Position numbers and translations under genes: made by a program. From Alkalispirochaeta sp. (GTDB taxonomy: Bacteria > Spirochaetota > Spirochaetia > DSM-27196 > Alkalispirochaetaceae), in assembly GCA_965601925.1 (NCBI GenBank), contig OZ271854.1, forward strand, positions 4,768,001 through 4,832,000: a stretch of 64,000 bases of DNA, in the 5' to 3' direction. This document shows positions 38,491 to 47,262 of this stretch, one piece after another (position 1 is the first letter of the stretch; each line of letters starts with the position of its first letter). A model generated the notes under the pieces. The model worked only from the letters and a program-made list of their open reading frames with translations. It had not been told where the DNA came from and did no database searches.

Positions 38491-39422
38491 ACGATTTGGT
38501 CCAGGCGGAAGCGCGGGATGATTTCAATCGGGCCCGCAAACAGGCGTTTTTCGGCCAGGTGTTCAGCCTGTTCAGTACCGAACGCCGTGAGCTGCTCTCG
38601 CTCCAGGAGGTCAAGGACGTACTGAAACCGCGTGGAGAGACCTACCGCGGTATGCAGACGGTCCCGATCGACCGTATCGTGGGGAGCGAAGGGCGTTATC
38701 GCGACTTCAACAAGCAGTTCCTGCCGCGCCACGAGTATTTACGGAATCGGTGGCAACGGGTCGATATGGCGCATCTGACCGACGTCATTCTGCCGCCGAT
38801 TACGTTGTATGAGATCTGCGGCCTCTATTTCGTGCGCGACGGAAACCATCGCGTCTCGGTGGCCAAGGCGCAGGGCGTACACTCAATAGATGCCGAGGTG
38901 GTCGCGCTCGACACGGAAATCTCGTTCGCCGAATCGCTAACGCGCGAGAATCTGAGAAAAGCGGTCATCGACCACGAGCGCAAACAGTTTTACGAGCGCA
39001 TGTCGATCGACCGCATACTTCCGGGAGTACGACTGGCGGTAAGTGCCACCGGGCGCTACGACGTATTGATGAACCACATCTACGGGCACAAGTACTACCT
39101 CAACGAGTGCGAAACGGTGGAGATCCCCCTCGAGCGGGCGCTCAGGAGTTGGTACGCGCACGTGTATCTCCCCATCGTCGATATCATTCGCAAGAGTAGC
39201 CTCATGGCACGCTTTCCCGGTCGTACCGAGACCGATCTCTACCTGTGGATCGTGAAACACTGGCATGAGCTCAAGGAGCGCTACGGCCAGGACTTTTCGG
39301 TCCAGGACGCCGCAAAGGACTACGCCTACCGATACGGCAAAAGCATCGCACGACGGTTGTGGGAGATGGTGAAGCATCTGTTCGGGGGGAAAGGCACGAC
39401 GGAAGACGACGATCCGGCGTAG
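38487..39422 (+). CDS. ParB/Srx-like domain protein with DUF4032-like C-terminus
   Basis: VPIDRIVGSEGRY.DF, LPPITLY, YFVRDGNHRVSVA, FPGRTETDLYLWI..H; ATGA overlap. Confidence 0.78.
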   Translation: MNDLVQAEARDDFNRARKQAFFGQVFSLFSTERRELLSLQEVKDVLKPRGETYRGMQTVPIDRIVGSEGRYRDFNKQFLPRHEYLRNRWQRVDMAHLTDVILPPITLYEICGLYFVRDGNHRVSVAKAQGVHSIDAEVVALDTEISFAESLTRENLRKAVIDHERKQFYERMSIDRILPGVRLAVSATGRYDVLMNHIYGHKYYLNECETVEIPLERALRSWYAHVYLPIVDIIRKSSLMARFPGRTETDLYLWIVKHWHELKERYGQDFSVQDAAKDYAYRYGKSIARRLWEMVKHLFGGKGTTEDDDPA

Positions 39423-39436
39423 GCCCACAGGTGCGC

Positions 39437-40225
39437 TTAATCCGCCGCCGCCTCGACCCGCCACGGACCCGATTCCATCCATAACCAGGGGCTCCACTCG
39501 ACGATCAGAAAGATGTCGGTCCCGTCGGATAGCTCGGCCGCCTGCTGAGCCGTATCTGAAACGAGGGACGACCACGGAACGATTCGCTCCTCCGTATCGA
39601 GCGGCCACTCGAGCTCGGTGCTGATCGGTGACGCGTCCGATGCACTCCGGGTCACGTAGAGGCGTCGTGCGTCGGCGGGTACGACGAGGTTGCCGTCGGC
39701 GATACGTGCAAAGGCATCGGGCTCGGCCTCGGGGACGGTCGTCGGAATGGTGACCGTTTGCGACGCCTCGCGACCCGAGAGGTCGATCACGGTGACGACA
39801 AGCGTGTCACGCGGCATACGAGAACGCCCGCGCAGACGGAGACGATCGGATCCGTACCAGTGCTGTCCGTCTCGGGGATGATAGCGCCACGTACTCCCGT
39901 CGAGGTTCCACGACAGATCAAAGTCCTCGTAGGCGATGGTAAGGGTATCGAGCTCTCCCTCCCCGTCGGGATCGTAGACGTCGACGAAGACCGAAAGGCG
40001 CTCCTCGACCTCCTCTTGGTGGGGCACACCGCCGGCGATCAGGCGTGCATCGATCTGCAGTATCTGCGGGTCCGACGAGCTGCACGCCGCAAAGGCGAAC
40101 ACCGAGAGAAACACCCCCAACGCCCGCGCATCGACCGGGTGCCTCTCAGCGTGAAAACGCTGAGAGCAGAAAAAAAAACGCCCGTTTCCGGGCGTCTGTC
40201 GACCGGCGGTATTACGCCGCCGCAT
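39437..40225 (-). CDS. Hypothetical lipoprotein; start site uncertain
   Basis: Hydrophobic stretch plus lipobox FAAC-SSSDPQI, LSVFVDVYDPDG; only in-frame ATG overlaps the rpsU stop (see findings). Confidence 0.65.
   Translation of the reverse strand: MRRRNTAGRQTPGNGRFFFCSQRFHAERHPVDARALGVFLSVFAFAACSSSDPQILQIDARLIAGGVPHQEEVEERLSVFVDVYDPDGEGELDTLTIAYEDFDLSWNLDGSTWRYHPRDGQHWYGSDRLRLRGRSRMPRDTLVVTVIDLSGREASQTVTIPTTVPEAEPDAFARIADGNLVVPADARRLYVTRSASDASPISTELEWPLDTEERIVPWSSLVSDTAQQAAELSDGTDIFLIVEWSPWLWMESGPWRVEAAAD
40170..40195 (-). terminator. Intrinsic terminator after rpsU
   Basis: Minus strand CGCCCG-GAAA-CGGGCG followed by T9. Confidence 0.85.
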
Positions 40226-40434
40226 TAATAACTCTTGGAAGACTGCATCTTGCGAATCTTCTTCTGGATCTTTCGTTCCATGGCCTTCTTTTTACGATTC
40301 TTGATCGTAGAGGGCTTCTCGTAATACTCGCGCTTCTTCCATTCTCGAATGATTCCTTCCTTCTCGACCATTCGCTTGAAGCGTTTTATAGCCTTCTCGA
40401 GGTTTTCTCCCTCGTCGATTCTCACGATAGCGAT
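40225..40434 (-). CDS. rpsU: 30S ribosomal protein S21
   Basis: [31 protein letters not shown]; 69 codons from an ATC at 40434 behind GGGGGTGATC; alternative GTG at 40425. Confidence 0.95.
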   Translation of the reverse strand: MAIVRIDEGENLEKAIKRFKRMVEKEGIIREWKKREYYEKPSTIKNRKKKAMERKIQKKIRKMQSSKSY

Positions 40435-40453
40435 GCGATCACCCCCTTTCGTT

Positions 40454-41482
40454 CTAAGGTGATGGTGATAATGACCCACCGAGGGCACCGGTGTCAACAA
40501 GCGGCACTTCTACGGTCGCCTCCGGGTCGACGGGGACGCCGGAGACGCGAAGCTCCCAATGGAGATGCGGACCCGTGGACAGGCCGGTGGAACCGACCGT
40601 TCCGATCGCGTCACCGACGGCGACGAGATCGCCCGGTACGACCGAAAGCTCGTCGAGGTGGTAATAGAGCGTGTAGACTCCCGGGAGGTGCTCGAGCACC
40701 ACGGTTTTTCCGGTGATCAGTCGATCCGTCGCCATCGCCACCCGCCCGGCAGCGGGAGCCAGAATCGGCGTGCCGATCGGGGCGGCGAAGTCGACGCCGT
40801 AGTGAATCGCATCGGCGCTATTGCCGTCGGCGTAGAGAAATACCCGTCGGTCGCCGAACAGAGAGGTACGACGAATCTCGGCGAGAGGAAGGACGAAACG
40901 TCCGATGTGGTGGCGTGCGGCGGCGTCGAACGTCTGCAGGAGCTCCCACAAAACCCGCGACTCTTCGGCTCGTCGCGGATCGTCGGTGGTACGCAGATCG
41001 CTCAGCGCGCCGGTGAGGGCGATATTCTCGCGACGAAACTCGCGCGCCGCGACGGTAAACACCCCGTCTCCCGCGGCCGTCGTCCCGTCGTCGCGATGCG
41101 CCGTAACGGTGAGCGTCGCCTCGCCGGCGCCGACGGTCGTAGGCACGCCGAACATAATCACCCAACGTTCCGGCTCATCGACCTCGGGCGCGCCCATCGA
41201 CCATCCGTGAGCCCGCACCGATACTCCGTCGGCAAAGGTGACCGATCCCTCGGCCGAGACGATAGTCTCTCCGGTGACGCCGACGACGAGCACGCCCCCC
41301 GGCACCGCATCGGGAGCGTGGTCGAGGAGAATCGTCGACGTCTGGGCGACGATCACACCGGGAGCCGAAATACCGGCGATCACGATGAGGACGATGTGCA
41401 GGATGCGACTACGAATCGACGACGATTTGCTCGTCCGACCGCCGCATGTCAACGACGACAAGTTGTATCGTTTCATTTCCAT
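40454..41482 (-). CDS. M23-family metallopeptidase (peptidoglycan endopeptidase); start uncertain
   Basis: [35 protein letters not shown]; signal-like segment starts near 41416. Confidence 0.88.
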   Translation of the reverse strand: MEMKRYNLSSLTCGGRTSKSSSIRSRILHIVLIVIAGISAPGVIVAQTSTILLDHAPDAVPGGVLVVGVTGETIVSAEGSVTFADGVSVRAHGWSMGAPEVDEPERWVIMFGVPTTVGAGEATLTVTAHRDDGTTAAGDGVFTVAAREFRRENIALTGALSDLRTTDDPRRAEESRVLWELLQTFDAAARHHIGRFVLPLAEIRRTSLFGDRRVFLYADGNSADAIHYGVDFAAPIGTPILAPAAGRVAMATDRLITGKTVVLEHLPGVYTLYYHLDELSVVPGDLVAVGDAIGTVGSTGLSTGPHLHWELRVSGVPVDPEATVEVPLVDTGALGGSLSPSP

Positions 41483-43541
41483 TGTAAAAATTCTTACTGA
41501 ATTCGAACACGACGTCCACTCGATCGCGGAGGTCGAAATCCGCGCGCGCGCGGCCGGCGGCGGACCAGAATACCGCGGGCCATTTGTATCCGCCTCCCGA
41601 GAGGAGAAGGCGCAGGTGATCCTGCTCCTTGCCGATAATCTGAAGATCTTCGAGAACCATATTGCGCGCCAGAAATCGAATCTCCGGATGGCCTTGTCCG
41701 TACGGCTCGAAACGTCGAACGACCTTTTCTATCTCCGGATTGAGATACTTAGGCGGCAACTCGGCGTCGATCTCGATCTCCTCCTCGCGCTCCGCCTCCA
41801 GAGAGAGCTCCGGCAGCACGGTTCTGAGGCGATTCCAGAAGTCATCTAGACGGTGCGCCTTGAGGTTGAACCCCGCGGCCTCGTTGTGTCCGCCCCATTT
41901 CTCGAATATATCTTCGAACTTCCTGAGAAAATCGGTGGCGACAAACCCGCGTGCGCTGCGGACGCTCCCGACGACGACATCTTCCACCGAGGTCAACACC
42001 GTAGCCGGCAGGTTGAACCGACGACTGAGTCGGCCCGCGATAATGCCGGTGACTCCACGATGCACGTGCTCGTCGTGCACCGCGATAAGTTTGCCGTCAA
42101 GCGACTCCATCGCCTCGCGAACTCTGGGCAACACCGCCTTCCACGCCTCGTCTCCGACTTTGCGTCGCCGCCGATTGAGTTTATCGATCTGTTCTGCCAG
42201 CTCGTGGCGACGGCCCTCGTCATCGGACAAAAGCAGCTCTACGGCCACCGAAGGTGTGCCCATTCGTCCGGTGGCGTTAATCGCCGGTGCCAGACTCCAG
42301 CCGATATCGCGACTCACCAGAGCGCGCCCGGATATGCCCACGGCCCGCATAAGGGCGTCGAGCCCTCGATTGGGCGCCTCATTGAGACGCTGGAGACCGC
42401 GGCGAATTAACATCCGATTCTCATCGACCAGGGGCATCATGTCGGCGAGCGTCGCCACCGCCATGAGATCAATGACCGAATCGAGAGCATCGCGGATCGA
42501 GGGGAATCGCGCCTCGACCACCTTCTGATAGAGCGCGGCGAGCACGTCTATCTCCTGGGCGCTCGCAGCGGCGTACCGCGCAAGTCGCGACCCTTCGCGC
42601 ATCTCGAGGAGGCTCTTCCCGGAGATCGACGGAAAGAACTCGCGCACCTGTTCGGCGAGATCGAGCATGTAGATGTCGACGCCGGATCCCAGTCCCTCGG
42701 TGAGCAAGCGCTTCTGCAGGGGCAGGTCGTAGCAGATCAATTTACGACCGATCAAAAACTCGCCGAGGCGACTCGCCTCCAACGCGGCGACGCCGGGCAC
42801 AAGCGCTTCGGTAACGCGGTCGACCTCGATGCCGTTCTCGATGGATATGGCCTCGACGATGATCGTATCGTTGGCGGGACGGGCATTTAGGAGGGTCACC
42901 AACTCGCCGAAGATCTCGGTGCGTCCCACGGCGAGGGCTTGGCGCACCTTACCGGCGAGGGCGCACCCGCACAATCCCTCGAACGGATATCCCTCGCCTA
43001 CCTTCGGGTTGATGATCGATACGGCCGGGGGGAGGTGTTCCTGCGGATTGTGGTGGTCCACGACGATCGTATCGATCCCGTACTCCGCCGCGGCGGCGAT
43101 CTCCTCGTTATTGACGACGCCGCAGTCAACCGTAACGATCAACGTGCCGGCGGCGGCGGCGAACCGCTGCACGGAGTCCATGGTAAGGCCGTAGGGCGCG
43201 TCGCCTTCCGGCACCTCCCAGCGCGTATCGATACCCATCTCACGCAGCGTGGAGACCATAACCGCCGTGCTGGTGATGCCGTCCACGTCCCGATCGCCGA
43301 ATACGAGTACCTTCTCGCCGTCTTCGCGGGCTTGAAAGATCCGCTCTACGACGTCGGGCATGTCTTCGAAGAGAAAGGGACTATGGAGGTAGCGTGTATC
43401 GTCCTCCAAGTAGTACGGCATCAACGATCCGTCATTGACACCCCGTCTGACGAGGATCGCGGAGGTAAGCAAATCGGTACCGTACCGCGACGAGAGCTCT
43501 TGTACCGCAACGCCGTCGATCGGAGGCTTGCGCCATTTCAT
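41409..43541 (-). CDS. recJ: Single-stranded-DNA exonuclease RecJ
   Basis: GDRDVDGITS, TVDCG, VDHH, TLADMMPL..ENR, APAINATGR, GSVRS, GGHNEAAG. Confidence 0.93.
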   Translation of the reverse strand: MKWRKPPIDGVAVQELSSRYGTDLLTSAILVRRGVNDGSLMPYYLEDDTRYLHSPFLFEDMPDVVERIFQAREDGEKVLVFGDRDVDGITSTAVMVSTLREMGIDTRWEVPEGDAPYGLTMDSVQRFAAAAGTLIVTVDCGVVNNEEIAAAAEYGIDTIVVDHHNPQEHLPPAVSIINPKVGEGYPFEGLCGCALAGKVRQALAVGRTEIFGELVTLLNARPANDTIIVEAISIENGIEVDRVTEALVPGVAALEASRLGEFLIGRKLICYDLPLQKRLLTEGLGSGVDIYMLDLAEQVREFFPSISGKSLLEMREGSRLARYAAASAQEIDVLAALYQKVVEARFPSIRDALDSVIDLMAVATLADMMPLVDENRMLIRRGLQRLNEAPNRGLDALMRAVGISGRALVSRDIGWSLAPAINATGRMGTPSVAVELLLSDDEGRRHELAEQIDKLNRRRRKVGDEAWKAVLPRVREAMESLDGKLIAVHDEHVHRGVTGIIAGRLSRRFNLPATVLTSVEDVVVGSVRSARGFVATDFLRKFEDIFEKWGGHNEAAGFNLKAHRLDDFWNRLRTVLPELSLEAEREEEIEIDAELPPKYLNPEIEKVVRRFEPYGQGHPEIRFLARNMVLEDLQIIGKEQDHLRLLLSGGGYKWPAVFWSAAGRARADFDLRDRVDVVFEFSKNFYNGNETIQLVVVDMRRSDEQIVVDS

Positions 43542-44887
43542 AAGGTGGAGAGTTCCTCCAGGATCATTGCGCTACGTTCCGTTGCCGCATCGCCGGCGGC
43601 ATCGACCTCGATGCCCGTCTCCACCGTCGCGATCGCTTGCTCGACGGCGTGGGACGTGTGCCCCCATACGGTCAAGAGCGGCTCACCGCGGCGTACCGTC
43701 TCTCCCGGCTTTTTGAGGATCTCGAATCCCACGTCGGGGTGTACATCGTCGTCGGCTTGATTGCGTCCCCCACCGAGATACACGCCCCCCATACCGACTT
43801 TGAAGGCATCCATGCGCGTCAACACACCGCTTTCGGGTGAGGAGACGACGCCGCGCTCAGCGGCCCTAAGAGTCCCCAGGGCGCCGTACATTGCATCGAT
43901 ATCCCCACCTTGGAGTCGGATATTATGTTCCATACTGCGCCATGCGGAGCCGTCTTCGAGAGCGCTTTGACACCGATCCTCGCCCTCCTCGACGGAGGCC
44001 GCTTTTCCTGCGGCGACGAGCATCCACGCGGTCAGGCGCATCGTGACCTCCATGAGGTCGTCGCTGCGGCCGTCGGTCGGCACACGATCGAGTGCAGCGG
44101 GACACCGCAGGAGCGCCAGCGATTCCTCCACTTCGAGAAAGTTGCCGACTTTGGAACCGAGGGGACTCTCCATACGAGTGAGGACCGCGACGATCTGTTT
44201 ACCGAGGCTCCGGCCGGTGTCGACTAATGAGCGCGCCAACGCGCGGGCATCTTCGGCGGTTTTCATGAACGCCCCGGGGCCGGTCTTCACATCGAAAACG
44301 AGGGCGTTGGCGCCCTCGGCGAACTTCTTGGAGAGAATACTGGAGGTGATGAGCGGTATATTTTCCACCGTACCGGTCGCGTCGCGCAGGGCGTACAGTC
44401 GGCGATCGGCGGGCACGACGTTCTCACTCTGGCCGGTCATGGCGAAACCGCACTCACCGATGACCGTCGCGAAGCGGGACGAATCCAAGCCGGTACGGTA
44501 GCCGGGAATGGACTCGAGCTTGTCGAGGGTGCCGCCGGTATGGCCCAGGGAACGTCCGCTCATCATCGGCACCTGGAGACCGCATGCGGCCGCCAGCGGT
44601 GCGAGTATGAGCGACACCTTATCTCCTACTCCGCCGGTGGAATGCTTATCTACGAAAGGCCCCTTTAGGGCCGACAGGTCGATCGTCTCGCCGGAGTCGA
44701 TCATTTCACGCGTGAGATATCCGGTCTCTTCGCTCGTCATACCTTGAAAGAACACCGCCATCAAGAACGCCGATACCTGATACTCCGGGATCGATCCGTC
44801 GACGTAACCGCGGATCAAGAAAGATATCTCTTCACGGCTCAGGGCCTCTCCCTGGCGCTTTTTGATGACAATGTCGAGAGCTCGCAT
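43538..44887 (-). CDS. pdp: Pyrimidine-nucleoside/thymidine phosphorylase
   Basis: DKHSTGGVGDK, SGRSLGHTGGTLDKLESIPG, LYALRDATGTV, SILSKK. Confidence 0.93.
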   Translation of the reverse strand: MRALDIVIKKRQGEALSREEISFLIRGYVDGSIPEYQVSAFLMAVFFQGMTSEETGYLTREMIDSGETIDLSALKGPFVDKHSTGGVGDKVSLILAPLAAACGLQVPMMSGRSLGHTGGTLDKLESIPGYRTGLDSSRFATVIGECGFAMTGQSENVVPADRRLYALRDATGTVENIPLITSSILSKKFAEGANALVFDVKTGPGAFMKTAEDARALARSLVDTGRSLGKQIVAVLTRMESPLGSKVGNFLEVEESLALLRCPAALDRVPTDGRSDDLMEVTMRLTAWMLVAAGKAASVEEGEDRCQSALEDGSAWRSMEHNIRLQGGDIDAMYGALGTLRAAERGVVSSPESGVLTRMDAFKVGMGGVYLGGGRNQADDDVHPDVGFEILKKPGETVRRGEPLLTVWGHTSHAVEQAIATVETGIEVDAAGDAATERSAMILEELSTL

Positions 44888-44916
44888 CTGGAGAGAATAA
44901 CATGGAAGGCGGTCCC

Positions 44917-44945
44917 TTGACAGCCCGGTGTGGTGCGGCTACGTT
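44917..44945 (+). promoter_or_regulatory. Sigma70-type promoter of the STAS gene
   Basis: TTGACA (44917-44922), 17 bp, TACGTT (44940-44945). Confidence 0.6.
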
Positions 44946-44970
44946 CTTTACAAGGCGCCGGATACCGTTC

Positions 44971-45327
44971 ATGACATGCGATATTTCGTACCGAGACAGC
45001 GTAACTATTCTCGCGCTCAACGGTCATCTCGATCTCCATAGTGCTCCGCGCCTCTCCCAAGAGATACAAGACGCGATGCGCACGGACGCGTCGAAACTGG
45101 TAATCGATCTCGCCGGCATCGACTATATCGATTCGAGCGGCATCGGCGTCCTTCTCAAGGTGTTCGGTTCCGCAAGACGGGGCGAGTTTCAACTGCGCCT
45201 GTGCGGCGTGCACGGCGCGGTGGCGCACGTGATCAGCCTTACCAAGTTGACGAACTATCTCCCGATTTCCGACGATCTCACCACGGCGATCACCGATCTC
45301 GACGGCGAGACGGCCGTCGCGACCTGA
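44971..45327 (+). CDS. STAS-domain anti-sigma-factor antagonist
   Basis: L.G.LDL..AP.L, IDLAGIDYIDSSGIGVL with the phosphorylatable Ser. Confidence 0.9.
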   Translation: MTCDISYRDSVTILALNGHLDLHSAPRLSQEIQDAMRTDASKLVIDLAGIDYIDSSGIGVLLKVFGSARRGEFQLRLCGVHGAVAHVISLTKLTNYLPISDDLTTAITDLDGETAVAT

Positions 45328-45338
45328 ACCGCCCGCAC

Positions 45339-46364
45339 CTACTCCGAGAGCGTGACCAGATTACGCCCGTTACGTTTGGAAAGATATAACGCCTGGTCGG
45401 CGCGATCGATGAACATGTGCGACGTGTGGTCTCGCGCTGCGTTATATTCGGCGACGCCGATCGATATCGTCACCTTCAAGCGTGTATCGCCCACCTGTAT
45501 GTGCCGCTCGGCAATACTCTCCCGAATTCGGTCGCAAATACGCTGTGCGTCGCCCAAGCGCGTGTGCGGTAACAGCAGTACGAACTCCTCGCCGCCGTAG
45601 CGTGCCGCGATATCGGTCTGTCGTATGGCGCCGAGCAGCACTTGCGCAACATCCTTCAGCACCTCGTCGCCCACCACGTGCCCGTGTGTATCGTTCACTT
45701 CCTTGAACCGATCCAGGTCGAGCATAGCCATCGTGAGTTCGCCCCCTTCGCGATTACAGCGGGCGATCGCCTCTTCGAGCATCGTCAGAAAGTAGTGACG
45801 CATCTTCAATCGCGTCATGAGATCGGTATTGGTCACCTCGAAGAGGAAGGCGTTATGCAGCGCCGTTCCCGCGAGAGCCGCCAGGTCCATGAGGTAGCTC
45901 TGCTCATAGAGTGAGAACTCGCCGCTCCCGTCGATGCGATTACCGAGAATGATGATGCCGATAAGCTGACTCTTGGCGAGAACGGGTATCACGAGAGCGG
46001 GCGCGTGCCGGCCGATCGGCACGATCTCGTGTTCCGAAAGACCGTTCTGCAGTAACTGAGAAATGGAAAAGCACTGCCTCCGTTCCTCCAAGAGTCGAAA
46101 CAGCGAGGAGTTGTCGTCGATACACACCTCGCGGCCGGTGATATCGAATCCAACGGCGTTACGATGGAGGCACAAGGCGCTGGATTGTATGTCGCGCCGG
46201 GTGAAAATCCCGGCCTGCAACACCTGCATCTGCGCCAGACAGGTGTATAGAATCGACTCCAGAACGGTATGAAACTCGAGGGTGCTGTTGAGACTCTTGC
46301 TGATCTCGATGAGCTGTCGTAGGTCGAAGTTCTCTTTCTCCCAGTTCCGCTTCGTCTCGATCAT
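45339..46364 (-). CDS. dgcA: GAF-like + GGDEF diguanylate cyclase (spirochaetal DgcA-like)
   Basis: DLDRFKEVNDTHGHVVGD, I-site RQTD, ARYGGEEF, ADQALY.SK..GRN; GGGAG SD. Symbol assigned from recalled architecture. Confidence 0.85.
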   Translation of the reverse strand: MIETKRNWEKENFDLRQLIEISKSLNSTLEFHTVLESILYTCLAQMQVLQAGIFTRRDIQSSALCLHRNAVGFDITGREVCIDDNSSLFRLLEERRQCFSISQLLQNGLSEHEIVPIGRHAPALVIPVLAKSQLIGIIILGNRIDGSGEFSLYEQSYLMDLAALAGTALHNAFLFEVTNTDLMTRLKMRHYFLTMLEEAIARCNREGGELTMAMLDLDRFKEVNDTHGHVVGDEVLKDVAQVLLGAIRQTDIAARYGGEEFVLLLPHTRLGDAQRICDRIRESIAERHIQVGDTRLKVTISIGVAEYNAARDHTSHMFIDRADQALYLSKRNGRNLVTLSE

Positions 46365-46440
46365 CGAAGGCTCCCGTCGGTTTGTTCTGGCGTCGCGGCG
46401 ACGACGACCGTGACAGTGTAATCGGTCGTGCGCGGCGGGT

Positions 46441-47208
46441 CTACAGGAGCCGCCCCCCCACGGCGAGAGTGTTGAGCGGCGCGGCCACGACATCCTGTAG
46501 CACAGTCAAGACAAAGCGCCGCGCGGCATCGAACGGCACCTCCGCGATATCCAGATCGCGGACCGCGGCAAAGGGCCGTTCGTCGATCCAGGAGAGCAGC
46601 CGTACCGCGGCGGGCTCGATACGCACCATTGAGGGCGATGACCACTCCTCACCGACGACGCCCCCTTCGACGCGGTGGTAGTACCGCACCTCGGCCTCGG
46701 CAAGCGCCCTATCGGAGACGATACAGCGCTCCAAATCGGGCTGTACTCCAAGAATATGCAGATAGCGCCACAACACCGAAAGGCCGACTAACCGTGCATC
46801 GCACCGGTCGGGAGACGGGTCCTCGATAAGGCTCAATGCATCGTCGATCAAGCGATACACCGCGGGCTCATCGCCGCCGGAGGCGTGGGTGCGCCAGACG
46901 ACCTCGGCCCACAGGCTGGCGTGGTAGTAGGCGGAGAGATCGTGTTGCAACACCAAGGCGTAGCGCTCAACCTCGAAATCGGTAATCTTACTCCGTTCTT
47001 GGCGCGGATCGCGGTACAACCACGCGACGCCACGCACAAAGGGTACGACCTTGCCCCGGAGCGACGACCGTCGGGAGCGCAGTCCGTACGCCACTGCCGG
47101 CACCAGGCCCTCCTCCTCGGTCAAGAGATCCACCATCGCATGGCTCTCTCCGAAGGGACTTATGCGAAGAACGATCGCCGACTGTTGACTGCTGCGGTTC
47201 ACGGTCAT
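46441..47208 (-). CDS. recO: DNA repair protein RecO
   Basis: AIVLR....GE.H..V.LLT...G...A.AYG.RS..S.LR, LGVQPDLERC; start may be GTG 47202. Confidence 0.88.
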   Translation of the reverse strand: MTVNRSSQQSAIVLRISPFGESHAMVDLLTEEEGLVPAVAYGLRSRRSSLRGKVVPFVRGVAWLYRDPRQERSKITDFEVERYALVLQHDLSAYYHASLWAEVVWRTHASGGDEPAVYRLIDDALSLIEDPSPDRCDARLVGLSVLWRYLHILGVQPDLERCIVSDRALAEAEVRYYHRVEGGVVGEEWSSPSMVRIEPAAVRLLSWIDERPFAAVRDLDIAEVPFDAARRFVLTVLQDVVAAPLNTLAVGGRLL

Positions 47209-47262
47209 AGCTTATACACGCCGCAAGACGGAACAACAATAGGCCAAAAATGGAATAAGCCC

